From the IMG/VR virus record IMGVR_UViG_3300037067_001811, positions 28,306-92,305 of that record: a stretch of 64,000 bases of DNA, one strand, 5' to 3'. The position numbers were made by a program, and so were the translations under genes. Source of the stretch: a virus. Its lineage: Duplodnaviria; Caudoviricetes. The notes under the pieces were generated by a model. That model worked only from the letters and a program-made list of their open reading frames with translations, did not search any database and was not told where the DNA came from. Below, one piece after another: positions 55,487-64,000 of the stretch. Numbering within the stretch: position 1 is the first letter of the stretch; each line of letters begins with the position of its first letter.

Positions 55487-56233
55487 ATGTTGGATTTCCT
55501 CGGGACATTTAACAAGTCACAATTTAACCGCCTCGCTGCTTATGCTCGGGGTCAGCTTACTTATATCGATAAGCGAATACAGCATCTGACTATTGAGAGG
55601 CAGAGGATTGGGTTCCTTCAGTTCGCTTACGACTCAGCAGGGCAACCAACCTCTTACGCTACGGGCCAGCCAGGATTTGCTACTTACATTGGGAAGCTCA
55701 TGTCTGCTTATGAGGTTCTAGGTGGGGACCCATTTTACGACCTGCAAGTCAGAGCCATGAGTGATCCTGTCTACTACCGGAAGGGGACCGAGACTGCTCA
55801 AGCAAAAGTGTTGTCGAATGGTGAGCCCGTTCCTCAGCAAGGTCTTGCTGACGGTCCCTCTGGAAATGCCGTCCGTTCTATTCGTTATTGGACAGAGGGT
55901 AGCATAGACCGTCTGGATAGGATTGAACGAAAGGTTCGTCGGGCTATTGACTACGCAGACCAGCTACAAAGTGAGATCAACAATCTCACTTCTATACGAA
56001 AGTCTGTCGAGGTGAGTGGTTCTCTGGAGAATCTGATTGCTCTAGTTAATCAGTTATTCACCGATACCAGCTATAGGGCTATTGCTGACGATAAAGGAAA
56101 AGACTCGTTCGGGAAGGTTGTCTACGCACCAATGTCTTCGTACGACCAAGGCGGAAACAGAGCCCCGGTGGAGGGTCAGGTCATTGAGAGGGGTAGCGCT
56201 GGCTATACAACCTCAGGTGGGGGGACTCCATGA
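55487..56233 (+). CDS. hypothetical baseplate-region protein
   Basis: ORF track, ATGA overlap with next gene. Confidence 0.65.
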   Translation: MLDFLGTFNKSQFNRLAAYARGQLTYIDKRIQHLTIERQRIGFLQFAYDSAGQPTSYATGQPGFATYIGKLMSAYEVLGGDPFYDLQVRAMSDPVYYRKGTETAQAKVLSNGEPVPQQGLADGPSGNAVRSIRYWTEGSIDRLDRIERKVRRAIDYADQLQSEINNLTSIRKSVEVSGSLENLIALVNQLFTDTSYRAIADDKGKDSFGKVVYAPMSSYDQGGNRAPVEGQVIERGSAGYTTSGGGTP

Positions 56234-57366
56234 GTTATGATCGCCAGTTAGACCAGCTATGCCCTCACTTGGTAGTTGAAGAGTACTTGTTAATGCGGGG
56301 TAACCTACAGGTTGCTACTCCGATTAGGCCTATTTCATCCATCAACTCGGTAGTAGTTCGAGTTAACGGAGTAACTGAGGTCCCTTCTACTGGGGTGGAC
56401 CTTCCTGCACAGTCAGTAGGGTCTACTAAGGGTCCTTTCACTATAACTGCTGGGGTAAACAACAACCTTCAGGTCAAGGTCGGTAATGGTGCTTGGCAGG
56501 TGGTTACTATTCCTGGTGGAGTGAGGCTTTCAGCTAACCAAGTAGCCCTACAGGTATCCTCCCGCCTCCAGGGAGTTAAGTTCACTTCAGATGGGGTTCG
56601 AGTTGGATTCCAAACAGATCTTCGTGGAGCAGGGGCTACTGTTTTCTTCCACTCTGATAGTCCACTAGCTATCCTGCTAGGGATCAAAGTGAATCGCCAG
56701 TATCGTGGGAAGTTGATCTTTCCTGGGTGGACTTTAGTCAGTAATCCTAATACCTTGAGTGATCGCCCGAGTCGGATGATAGTATTTGATCAGCCTCTTA
56801 AGGCTGACTTGAATTACCTTGAGGTAAACTACACGACTGTTCGACAAGAGTGTCGAAGATGTGGTGGTCTTGGCGTTGAGAATGATTGGCGCTATGGGGT
56901 TACTGGTGATGTAGTAACCGTTCAGGATGAGATCCTTCTGATTCAGGAGATTCAGAAGATAATCTACACTGTTATGGGAACTAACCCCTTCCATAACTGG
57001 TATGGGACATCAATCATTGAGTGTATTGGCAGTAAGATAGCGGTAGGGGGTGTCCTTCAAAACAAGATCACTTCAGACATCTACACTGCGTTCACTCGAT
57101 GGCAGTCAATCAAGAAGGGTCAAGAGGAGAAGGTCGGGCAGTTTGTATCGGATTCTGAGTACCCCTTCCAACTCCAAAGCGTGACCCTGGAGCAAAGTCA
57201 GAATGACCCAACCGTCATTTTCGTCACAGTAGTAGTGATGAATCGCTCCCTTAAGCCTATTCAGATTGTACGGGGTTTGAAGATTCCACAGCCGGATAAT
57301 CTGCTTGGATCTACTCAACAGAAGTCCCTGGTTCAGGGTCTCCAGAACTTCCAACTGGTTCAGTAA
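56230..57366 (+). CDS. baseplate wedge / sheath initiator (gp25/GPW-like) with sheath-like insert
   Basis: LLIQEIQKIIYT..GTNPFH.WYGT.I motif; CPH...CRRC zinc site; precedes J-like gene. Confidence 0.8.
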   Translation: MSYDRQLDQLCPHLVVEEYLLMRGNLQVATPIRPISSINSVVVRVNGVTEVPSTGVDLPAQSVGSTKGPFTITAGVNNNLQVKVGNGAWQVVTIPGGVRLSANQVALQVSSRLQGVKFTSDGVRVGFQTDLRGAGATVFFHSDSPLAILLGIKVNRQYRGKLIFPGWTLVSNPNTLSDRPSRMIVFDQPLKADLNYLEVNYTTVRQECRRCGGLGVENDWRYGVTGDVVTVQDEILLIQEIQKIIYTVMGTNPFHNWYGTSIIECIGSKIAVGGVLQNKITSDIYTAFTRWQSIKKGQEEKVGQFVSDSEYPFQLQSVTLEQSQNDPTVIFVTVVVMNRSLKPIQIVRGLKIPQPDNLLGSTQQKSLVQGLQNFQLVQ

Positions 57367-57369
57367 GCT

Positions 57370-60300
57370 ATGGCCACAGCTCCACAGATTGCATACCGAG
57401 ATGGATCTGGGTTTACCCAGATCCTAGTGTTCTCTACTAACCTAGAGTCTATCTTCATTACTGGCGAGGTTGCTAGTACCACCTCAGATATCCAGGTTTC
57501 GATCAACGGAGCTGCCTTCGTTTCAGATCCGACTCTAGTGCAGTTTGATCTGCCAACTTTTACAGTGCCAAATCAATCTAGCTTCCCTGAGGGGTTAGTA
57601 CTGAGCCCCGGGTTGAACACTATCCTAATTCGAACTATCGATATCTCGGGAGGAGTGAGTATCTCCTCTACTGTCTCCGTGACTTTGGTGCTTGGGGTTG
57701 ATGTCCTTCAGGTAGACACGCCCTCTGGGATAAAGGTTAGTAGGGTTCGAGATGCAGTGAGTATCTTTTGTGCCCTTCCAGCCCAAAGATTCAGCCCGAA
57801 TGGGTCACCAATACCCAATAACTTCTTGGGTTACAACTTCTATGCATCTACTTCGCCAGGCGGCACTACCGGCTACTACCAGATAAATGCTGCTACGGTA
57901 TCCGCAAAGTCTACTACCTTCGATGAGAAGGCGACTCAGTTTGCTTCGGATCAGACAGTTTTCCCAAGTGAGAGCTCATTTGTTGAAGTCCAACTAACTC
58001 AGTTGGACACCCTAGGGAATATTCAAGCAGTTAAGTTTGACAAGACCTACTCTACTTCGGCCTACAGTGAGAATATTCGATTCACTACTACGTTAGAGGA
58101 TTACGAACTCATTGAGTACATCGTATTTCAGCACAATAGGGCTGGAAGCTCAGATAGTATCAATGAGGACCAATTCTCTGGCGTCTCAGACACGGATCCA
58201 CTCTACTACGTAGTAACAGGGGTGTACTTCGACCCAAACACGGGTCAGGAGATAGAGAGTGCTTACTCCCAAGAGGTTTTAGGTACTCCGCTCGTTATCG
58301 ATACGTCGATCAGATCCCTACCGGGTAGAACTCAATTCCAAGTCCTCACTGACTTCATCAAATCCATCCAAAGAGTGGACTCAACTGTAAGCTTGATCCC
58401 AGGGTCAACGACTAGGGACGTATCCATTGATCCGTTCACCTCAGAAGCGGAGCGCTTGTACTTCTTGGTGGACTTCGTCCATCGAACTCAAAGCTTTCTC
58501 ACTCTCCTTCAGATTGACGATGCAAATGGGGATGGGGTTTCGGATCCAGTAGAGGGGAGCTCTTACAAAACCGCTCTGAAGTTTGCCCTTGGCTATACGA
58601 CCAATGACGCGGTTCAAAGCATCATCGATTCAGGCTTTGATAAGCTAGCAGGGAACGTAAATAAGAAGAGGTTACCCGGTCGACCCGCTGTTGGCCAGGC
58701 AGTATTCTACACTTACTCCAGGCCTGTTTTTGACATCCCAGTTCCGACAGGGACTATCGTCACTACGGTTGCAGACAGTTCTCTGGGAGTCCCCACCGTT
58801 CGATTTAGGGTTGGTGGTTCCTACATCATGGTGGCGGCCCAGGCCGACTCCTATTACAACTTCGATACCAAGCGGTATGAGCTCATTGCGGATATCGTTG
58901 CAGAGTCGGTTGGTTCTGATGGGAACCGTCCAGCTGGGCAGATCACGAGTGTCTCAGGGGCTCCTGGTTTCCAAGTCATCAACACTGAGGCTACCGTATT
59001 TGGATCTGACCTTGAGAGTAATGCAGACCTAACCACTAGGTGCCTTCTGGGCTTCTCTGTTGATACGGGTACCGAAGGAGGCTACGCCTCTACCTCAGCT
59101 GAGCAGATTGGGATCGTCAAAGCCAAGATCGTCAAGAGTGGTGACCCACTCATGATGAGGGACTATGACCCGGTTCGCCACAAGCATATTGGGGGTAAAG
59201 TAGACATTTGGACTCAGGGCCTTCAAGAACGTCAGGTCAGTGAGAAGTTTGCTTTCACTTTTGAAGTTGCTCAGAACATCCAATGTGTGGTCCTTGATGC
59301 GGTGAATCTGGTTTTCCGGGTACAAGATAGCCGGGTAACTGTCAATACTCCTATCACTGAGATCTTGGATAACCTAGCTCAGGGTTTAGGGGTTCGGAAT
59401 GTCACTCAGGGGTTGGATTACCTTGTTACTGGAGCCCTTATCCTCGACTACCAGACCTTCAAACTTGACCCGACTATTGTTGGTCAAGTTACCACCAACG
59501 TGGATGATGTAGTTACCGCCGACTATCGCTTCCGAGTTATCAATCAATTCAAGTTCAGCTTCCAGCCAGTTCGTAGGGTGGTGTCTGTAGTGGGAGAGGT
59601 TTCGGGTACACTCAGTAGCTCACTAGGGTATGATCTCTACAAGACAGATGATCCTCTCATCGACGGTGAGAGCACAATCTCGAATGACTACTTATCCATC
59701 AATCAAGTTGGTGGGGTACCCTCTGGAAATAGCATTCAGATCAACAACGAGTCTCATGTGCTCATTAGCTTCCAAGAAGAACCTCTCGGAAGTATAGGTA
59801 TCAACACGAAGACTATTAGAGTCTTCAACTCAGATCGTACTATAGAGTATGATGGGCCTGATGCAACTCTACCAGACTACAAGGTCATTGACGGTACCTC
59901 TACTACTCCAACTCGATTGGCTAGGACTTCCACGTCAGACATCGCCAATGGGGCTACTGTATCCGTTGACTACTCGCACGATGAGAACTTCACCGTCAGC
60001 TACGTGATCAATGACCTACTTCAGCAGCTTCAGAGAACTGTTAACTCGAAGAGGCATGTCACGGCTGATGTAGTGGTTAAAGAGGCCATTGAGAACTCAA
60101 TCAACATCGAGACTACAGTCAAGCTTCTATCTGGGGCTACTAAAGACAAAACCGATCCAGAGATCCGTTCGAAGGTGAGCTTGGGATCAAATACTAGGCT
60201 CATTGGGCAAGGGTTGGCTCAATCCGATGTGATTCATGCTATCGATGCCTCCTCTGGGGTTGATTACTTAGTAGTCCCTATGGCCCTAATGGCCTACGCA

Positions 60301-60816
60301 GATGGGTCGAGGAAGCTTCGGGAGAAGATCTCTTCAGCCTACCACTCTCTCAGCTCTCTAGATATCGGTGGAAACTTAGCCTATATCTTGACTACGGGGT
60401 TCAGCTCACCCACCACTGATGGTGGTGGGTTGGTGACAGAGCATAAGGGTGTATTCCAGGACGATGAGGCACTGGTCCTATCAGGGTCTCTTGCTACTGT
60501 AGCTTTTGCTGCTGGTCAAGCCTTCATCATAGGGTCAAGCGGGGCAGTTATTGCTGGGTACACAGATACTGCTACTTTGGTTGCTGAGGGGTTCCTAACT
60601 ACTGCTGATCAGCAAGCGGAGCTCTTGAGGAGGACTGCAAACCATGCGGTTACCTCTATCTCAGGATCTGGTGTACCCTTGGATACTCCGGGTAACCACT
60701 CATACAGCGTGACCTATGTAGTGAGGGGGGATTCAGGCTCCAAAGACATATCAGCTTCTGATGTTGAGTTTGTGGACCTCGGTAACTTCACTATCACTTA
60801 CTCCACGAGTACCTAA
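57370..60816 (+). CDS. baseplate J-like wedge protein
   Basis: PGS.TRD..IDP, DKLA.N....R....A.G...F, A...G..GN..AG.I, G.D.ESN..L..R, GGKVDIW. Confidence 0.85.
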   Translation: MATAPQIAYRDGSGFTQILVFSTNLESIFITGEVASTTSDIQVSINGAAFVSDPTLVQFDLPTFTVPNQSSFPEGLVLSPGLNTILIRTIDISGGVSISSTVSVTLVLGVDVLQVDTPSGIKVSRVRDAVSIFCALPAQRFSPNGSPIPNNFLGYNFYASTSPGGTTGYYQINAATVSAKSTTFDEKATQFASDQTVFPSESSFVEVQLTQLDTLGNIQAVKFDKTYSTSAYSENIRFTTTLEDYELIEYIVFQHNRAGSSDSINEDQFSGVSDTDPLYYVVTGVYFDPNTGQEIESAYSQEVLGTPLVIDTSIRSLPGRTQFQVLTDFIKSIQRVDSTVSLIPGSTTRDVSIDPFTSEAERLYFLVDFVHRTQSFLTLLQIDDANGDGVSDPVEGSSYKTALKFALGYTTNDAVQSIIDSGFDKLAGNVNKKRLPGRPAVGQAVFYTYSRPVFDIPVPTGTIVTTVADSSLGVPTVRFRVGGSYIMVAAQADSYYNFDTKRYELIADIVAESVGSDGNRPAGQITSVSGAPGFQVINTEATVFGSDLESNADLTTRCLLGFSVDTGTEGGYASTSAEQIGIVKAKIVKSGDPLMMRDYDPVRHKHIGGKVDIWTQGLQERQVSEKFAFTFEVAQNIQCVVLDAVNLVFRVQDSRVTVNTPITEILDNLAQGLGVRNVTQGLDYLVTGALILDYQTFKLDPTIVGQVTTNVDDVVTADYRFRVINQFKFSFQPVRRVVSVVGEVSGTLSSSLGYDLYKTDDPLIDGESTISNDYLSINQVGGVPSGNSIQINNESHVLISFQEEPLGSIGINTKTIRVFNSDRTIEYDGPDATLPDYKVIDGTSTTPTRLARTSTSDIANGATVSVDYSHDENFTVSYVINDLLQQLQRTVNSKRHVTADVVVKEAIENSINIETTVKLLSGATKDKTDPEIRSKVSLGSNTRLIGQGLAQSDVIHAIDASSGVDYLVVPMALMAYADGSRKLREKISSAYHSLSSLDIGGNLAYILTTGFSSPTTDGGGLVTEHKGVFQDDEALVLSGSLATVAFAAGQAFIIGSSGAVIAGYTDTATLVAEGFLTTADQQAELLRRTANHAVTSISGSGVPLDTPGNHSYSVTYVVRGDSGSKDISASDVEFVDLGNFTITYSTST

Positions 60817-61634
60817 TGCCAAGGTTCGTTACAGACCCAGATCGCCTGAACTCTACCATAAGTCAAACTGGTAAAGAGTACAATTTGAGGCTCGTTCAGA
60901 GGGCTTCAACTATCTTCACCAACCTAATGAACTTCCTTCCGAGTAATTACATCTCAACTGTCCAGGGTCCTAATTACTCAGTTGAGCTCAAGGCAGTTGC
61001 GGTGGAGCTCGCTCGTCTTGAGCTTGCCTTGGAGGATGTAGCTGCTGATGAGGAATTCGGAAAAACGAGAACTGACTTTCTCTATAGTCTCATTGGGTAC
61101 ATGGTGTTCCTGAACAACAAGCTACCTATTACTCAGTTTGACGACTTAGAGTTCAGGACCTTCTTGATCAACGTGATTAAACTCTACTTTCAGGGTTCGA
61201 TTCCGGACACTATGCGAGAAGGGGTTCAGTTATTTATCTCTGATAACGTAACCATCACAGAGAACTTCTTGTTGGTGAGGGCCGGTGCTTCTGGGTATGA
61301 CATCTCAGACCAATTCGGGTTCCAAATTGACATTTCTAGTATTGGGTCTCCCGGATTCCCCGCAAACTTCTTTGATATGGATACCAACATCCGGTTAATT
61401 CTGGATATTATGCGTCCTGCTCACACTCTCTTCAGGATTAGGTACTTATTCACGGATGAGTACACTCCGAACCCAGATCAGGGAGGTAAGATCCTTGATG
61501 TGATGCGATGGAGTATGTCGAACTACTACTACGAGGACTTTCGACGTTATCCCCGGGGGTTGAAAGACAAGGATCGCTTGGGTACTAAGGTAAACCAGGT
61601 TGTCGTCGGGGAAGATCACTCTGATGACTTCTAA
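60816..61634 (+). CDS. baseplate wedge protein (P2 gpI / T4 gp7-like position)
   Basis: Follows J-like gene; D.EFR..L......F.GS, ILDIMRPAHT motif. Confidence 0.7.
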   Translation: MPRFVTDPDRLNSTISQTGKEYNLRLVQRASTIFTNLMNFLPSNYISTVQGPNYSVELKAVAVELARLELALEDVAADEEFGKTRTDFLYSLIGYMVFLNNKLPITQFDDLEFRTFLINVIKLYFQGSIPDTMREGVQLFISDNVTITENFLLVRAGASGYDISDQFGFQIDISSIGSPGFPANFFDMDTNIRLILDIMRPAHTLFRIRYLFTDEYTPNPDQGGKILDVMRWSMSNYYYEDFRRYPRGLKDKDRLGTKVNQVVVGEDHSDDF

Positions 61635-61670
61635 CGTTGAAATTTCTTCTGATAAGTAGGAGTCAATACC

Positions 61671-62192
61671 ATGCTCATTCAGGTCAACGAACTCAAAGGC
61701 CCAAGAGCCAAAGCACGAATTGTTCACGAGCGCCCCTATGACTATGACGAGAAGCGTGGTGTATGGCTTCGCAGGGTCATCGACGAGCAGGAGTCTTCGA
61801 ACATCGTCACTGACGCAGGTCGGGTTAGGATCCACACTTACCTCTATGGGTCTGGTGGGCAGCGAAGTGGTCTTGGTGGAGGCCTCAACTATCTAGCTCT
61901 CTCTGATGACAGTACTACTCCAGCTGCTGGGGACACTGCACTTACCTCTGAGTTGACCTCCCTTGGTCTAGCTCGAGCAGCTACTACGGTTACATTACCT
62001 ACCGGTTCTGGGACTCAGACAGCCCTTGTGAAGGTCTTTACCTTCCTTGGCGCTGGACCTCAGGGGGTCCAGAAGATGGCTCTCTTTGACAGCCCTAGTG
62101 CGGGTACAATGGCCCATGAGATTCAGTTTGTGCAACGAACCCTGTTCCTGAATGACAACCTAACTTTCACTGTGGCGATCAACCTGGCGTAA
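61671..62192 (+). CDS. small tail-fibre/collar-type structural protein
   Basis: NIVTDAGR...YLAL......PAAGDTALTSEL...R...ALFD...GTM; AGGAG RBS. Confidence 0.7.
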   Translation: MLIQVNELKGPRAKARIVHERPYDYDEKRGVWLRRVIDEQESSNIVTDAGRVRIHTYLYGSGGQRSGLGGGLNYLALSDDSTTPAAGDTALTSELTSLGLARAATTVTLPTGSGTQTALVKVFTFLGAGPQGVQKMALFDSPSAGTMAHEIQFVQRTLFLNDNLTFTVAINLA

Positions 62193-62226
62193 ACTACCCG
62201 CATTATGTTGAAGCTAGGAGAGATCA

Positions 62227-64000
62227 ATGACTCAAACAGGTAGACTTGGTACCGGTCTAAGTCAACCTGGGAATATTCTACTTGGGTTTGACGCTCCGAA
62301 TCCGATTAGTGTGAGTGCTACTCTCGCTGGGGACTCCTCAGTAGCTTCGAGCTTACGAGAGGCATACTCACTAATAGCCAGCTTCGCTGGGGACTCCTCA
62401 GTAGCTTCGAGCTTACGAGAGGCATACCCACTAGTAGCCAGCCTCACTGGGGACTCTTCGTTAGTAGCTCCTGTAACCTGTAGTAAAGCTGTCAATGCAG
62501 TACTAACTGGGTCTTCTACTCTAGCTCCCAACTTACACAGTCAAACAAGCATAAGCGCTAGCCTCTTTGGTACTTCTTCGATCTATGCTTCGAGCTTTTC
62601 CACTAAGTTAGAGCACACGATCTTTACAGATAAGGGGCCCATTGTAAAGCCTGAGTTGACTTTACAGAGTGGATCTGGAGGGTCCGTTCAGATCTCCCCT
62701 TCAGTTCATTTTGGGAGCATCACTCTCAATGAGGTGACTTTACCTGGAGGTAGCTTCACTACTAGTCACCTTGGATTGTACTTAGAGCTACAAGGGTCGG
62801 CAGTAAATAGCGGGCGCTATTTCATTTTAGGTGTTATCAGTCCGACACGGCTCAAGCTTCAGGCTACCTTCCATCTCCCAGATCCAAACAACGGATCTCT
62901 CACTTGGAGGCTTTATGACCCAAGGACTGGGGAGATTGCTGATGATCCCTCTGACGTTGTAGTTTGGGTTAATGGGGTTCAAGTACCAGCTTTATCCGTA
63001 ACCGGGCTCCTAGGGGAGATAGTCTTACCTATTACCCCTCACTCGAATGATGATGTTCTCGTTGATTATTCTTGGGTTCACCAACCTACAGTTGAGATTA
63101 GGAGACTGAACTCCAAGGAATTTCGACTCAATGCCTGGGGTATTAATACAGGGGTCATAGCGGATAGCCAGCACAGTTATAGCTACCGGAATGTTCTTCC
63201 GAGTCCTTCACACTTTACCCCGTCTACTCTTACGGCTGAGCAAGCTCAGCCTCTACTTAGGGAAGTGTTCTATCGGGCATTTGAACGATCTTATTCAATA
63301 GCATTGAATGACCCTAATCTTTTGGTACTGAATACCCCAATTCACAAGATTGGTTACCCTCCATTAAGTAGGCAGATCCCTGAGGTATCAGTTCTCTACT
63401 CTGCAAGCACTCTTCCGGAATTGGACCCGACCAATCCTTGGGAGCGTAGGGGGTCTGGGGTCGCTACGATCTCTAGTGGGAACCTCACTGTAATAGACAA
63501 TACCTCTGGGTCATACCCAACGGGGCAACCTTTCTACTGGACCCGTGGGGTGGATCAAACATACCCCCACATCTACGCTTCAACTTGGAGGTTGCAGGTT
63601 AATTCCGCTACCCCAGATGGCGTTTTCACTGGAGTAGTAACAGGTTGGTCTGACTCTATTCATGCCGTTGTCTTAGGTTACTTGATTGAAGGTGGGGTCC
63701 GCAAGATAGGGTTCCTCAAGAAGGGTTTTGGAGACAGGCTCTCCTTAGTTACCGCATGGAGTGGAGGGTTGAGTGGAGGGACTTCGACTGGACTCCCCTT
63801 CGACTTTGATTGGTCAACCTTGCACTCCTATCGCTTGAACAGAGACACCTCTGGAGTAATTCGCTTCTTTGTAGACGGGGAGATCGTGGAAGATCTCCGA
63901 ATCACCGAAGATGAGCTTCCTTTCCTTGAGGAGCTCAATGATGACTTCAATGAGATTCAGAATGTGTTCTTCGGCTCTTTGAGTCGAGAGGCCATGAGTC
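62227..64000 (+). CDS. large tail fibre/baseplate protein, truncated by window end (absent from ORF track)
   Basis: AGGAG RBS, ATG 62227 (MTQTGRLGTGLSQPGNILLG...), frame appears open to 64000; N-terminal AxLxGDSS repeats, LamG-like LHSYRL.R......FVDG near end. Confidence 0.8.
   Translation, partial: MTQTGRLGTGLSQPGNILLGFDAPNPISVSATLAGDSSVASSLREAYSLIASFAGDSSVASSLREAYPLVASLTGDSSLVAPVTCSKAVNAVLTGSSTLAPNLHSQTSISASLFGTSSIYASSFSTKLEHTIFTDKGPIVKPELTLQSGSGGSVQISPSVHFGSITLNEVTLPGGSFTTSHLGLYLELQGSAVNSGRYFILGVISPTRLKLQATFHLPDPNNGSLTWRLYDPRTGEIADDPSDVVVWVNGVQVPALSVTGLLGEIVLPITPHSNDDVLVDYSWVHQPTVEIRRLNSKEFRLNAWGINTGVIADSQHSYSYRNVLPSPSHFTPSTLTAEQAQPLLREVFYRAFERSYSIALNDPNLLVLNTPIHKIGYPPLSRQIPEVSVLYSASTLPELDPTNPWERRGSGVATISSGNLTVIDNTSGSYPTGQPFYWTRGVDQTYPHIYASTWRLQVNSATPDGVFTGVVTGWSDSIHAVVLGYLIEGGVRKIGFLKKGFGDRLSLVTAWSGGLSGGTSTGLPFDFDWSTLHSYRLNRDTSGVIRFFVDGEIVEDLRITEDELPFLEELNDDFNEIQNVFFGSLSREAMS
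62323..62456 (+). repeat. 60-bp tandem repeat (~2.2 copies)
   Basis: TCGCTGGGGACTCCTCAGTAGCTTCGAGCTTACGAGAGGCATAC identical at 62324 and 62384. Confidence 0.9.

Noticed and set aside
17594-61634. Bacterial contractile injection system (T6SS, eCIS or tailocin)
   Set aside because: Neck/adaptor genes, long tape measure, inteins and homing endonucleases, and no TssJLM/ClpV or Afp15-like ATPase point to a phage
62323-62456. Possible CRISPR or DGR template/variable repeat
   Set aside because: Adjacent in-frame 60-bp tandem units; no spacers, no reverse transcriptase in the window, differences not confined to adenines
568-62531. Numerous short minus-strand and alternate-frame ORFs in the ORF track
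   Set aside because: All lie within longer plus-strand genes with coherent motifs; shadow ORFs without RBS or recognisable domains
1-64000. Stop-codon reassignment as in some jumbo phages
   Set aside because: TAA, TAG and TGA all terminate tightly packed full-length genes under the standard code

Overview
This window is a 64 kb, almost entirely plus-strand virion morphogenesis region of a large contractile-tailed (myovirus-type, probably jumbo) bacteriophage; no bacterial housekeeping genes, rRNA, tRNA or CRISPR array were seen. Order: head/neck accessory proteins (0.4-11 kb), putative head-internal proteins, a Dps/ferritin-like protein and an actin-fold ATPase (11.9-15.1 kb), tail completion protein, a 1424-aa tail sheath, a ~9.5 kb insert (homing endonuclease, intein-containing UvrD/PcrA helicase, hypotheticals), tail tube, two chaperone-like genes, tape measure, tube initiators (one with a GH73-like muralytic domain), hub, spike, wedge (gp25-like, J-like, I-like) and the start of a fibre-like gene cut by the window end. 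Mobile elements: two inteins and three free-standing endonuclease genes. Best leads: (1) a recurring K/R-x-A motif bounding domains of non-structural proteins (helicase, Dps, small cassettes), suggesting protease-processed capsid cargo; (2) an actin homologue inside the neck/tail operon; (3) a two-state structured RNA leader and AGAT-rich tracts before major structural genes; (4) a shared hairpin/TTGAC-N12-GGTAGTA cassette before two different endonuclease genes; (5) an AP2-containing intein in a structural-protein zinc finger; (6) a 32-aa segment shared by two unrelated genes. All functional calls come from motif recognition and synteny by eye; no database search was run.
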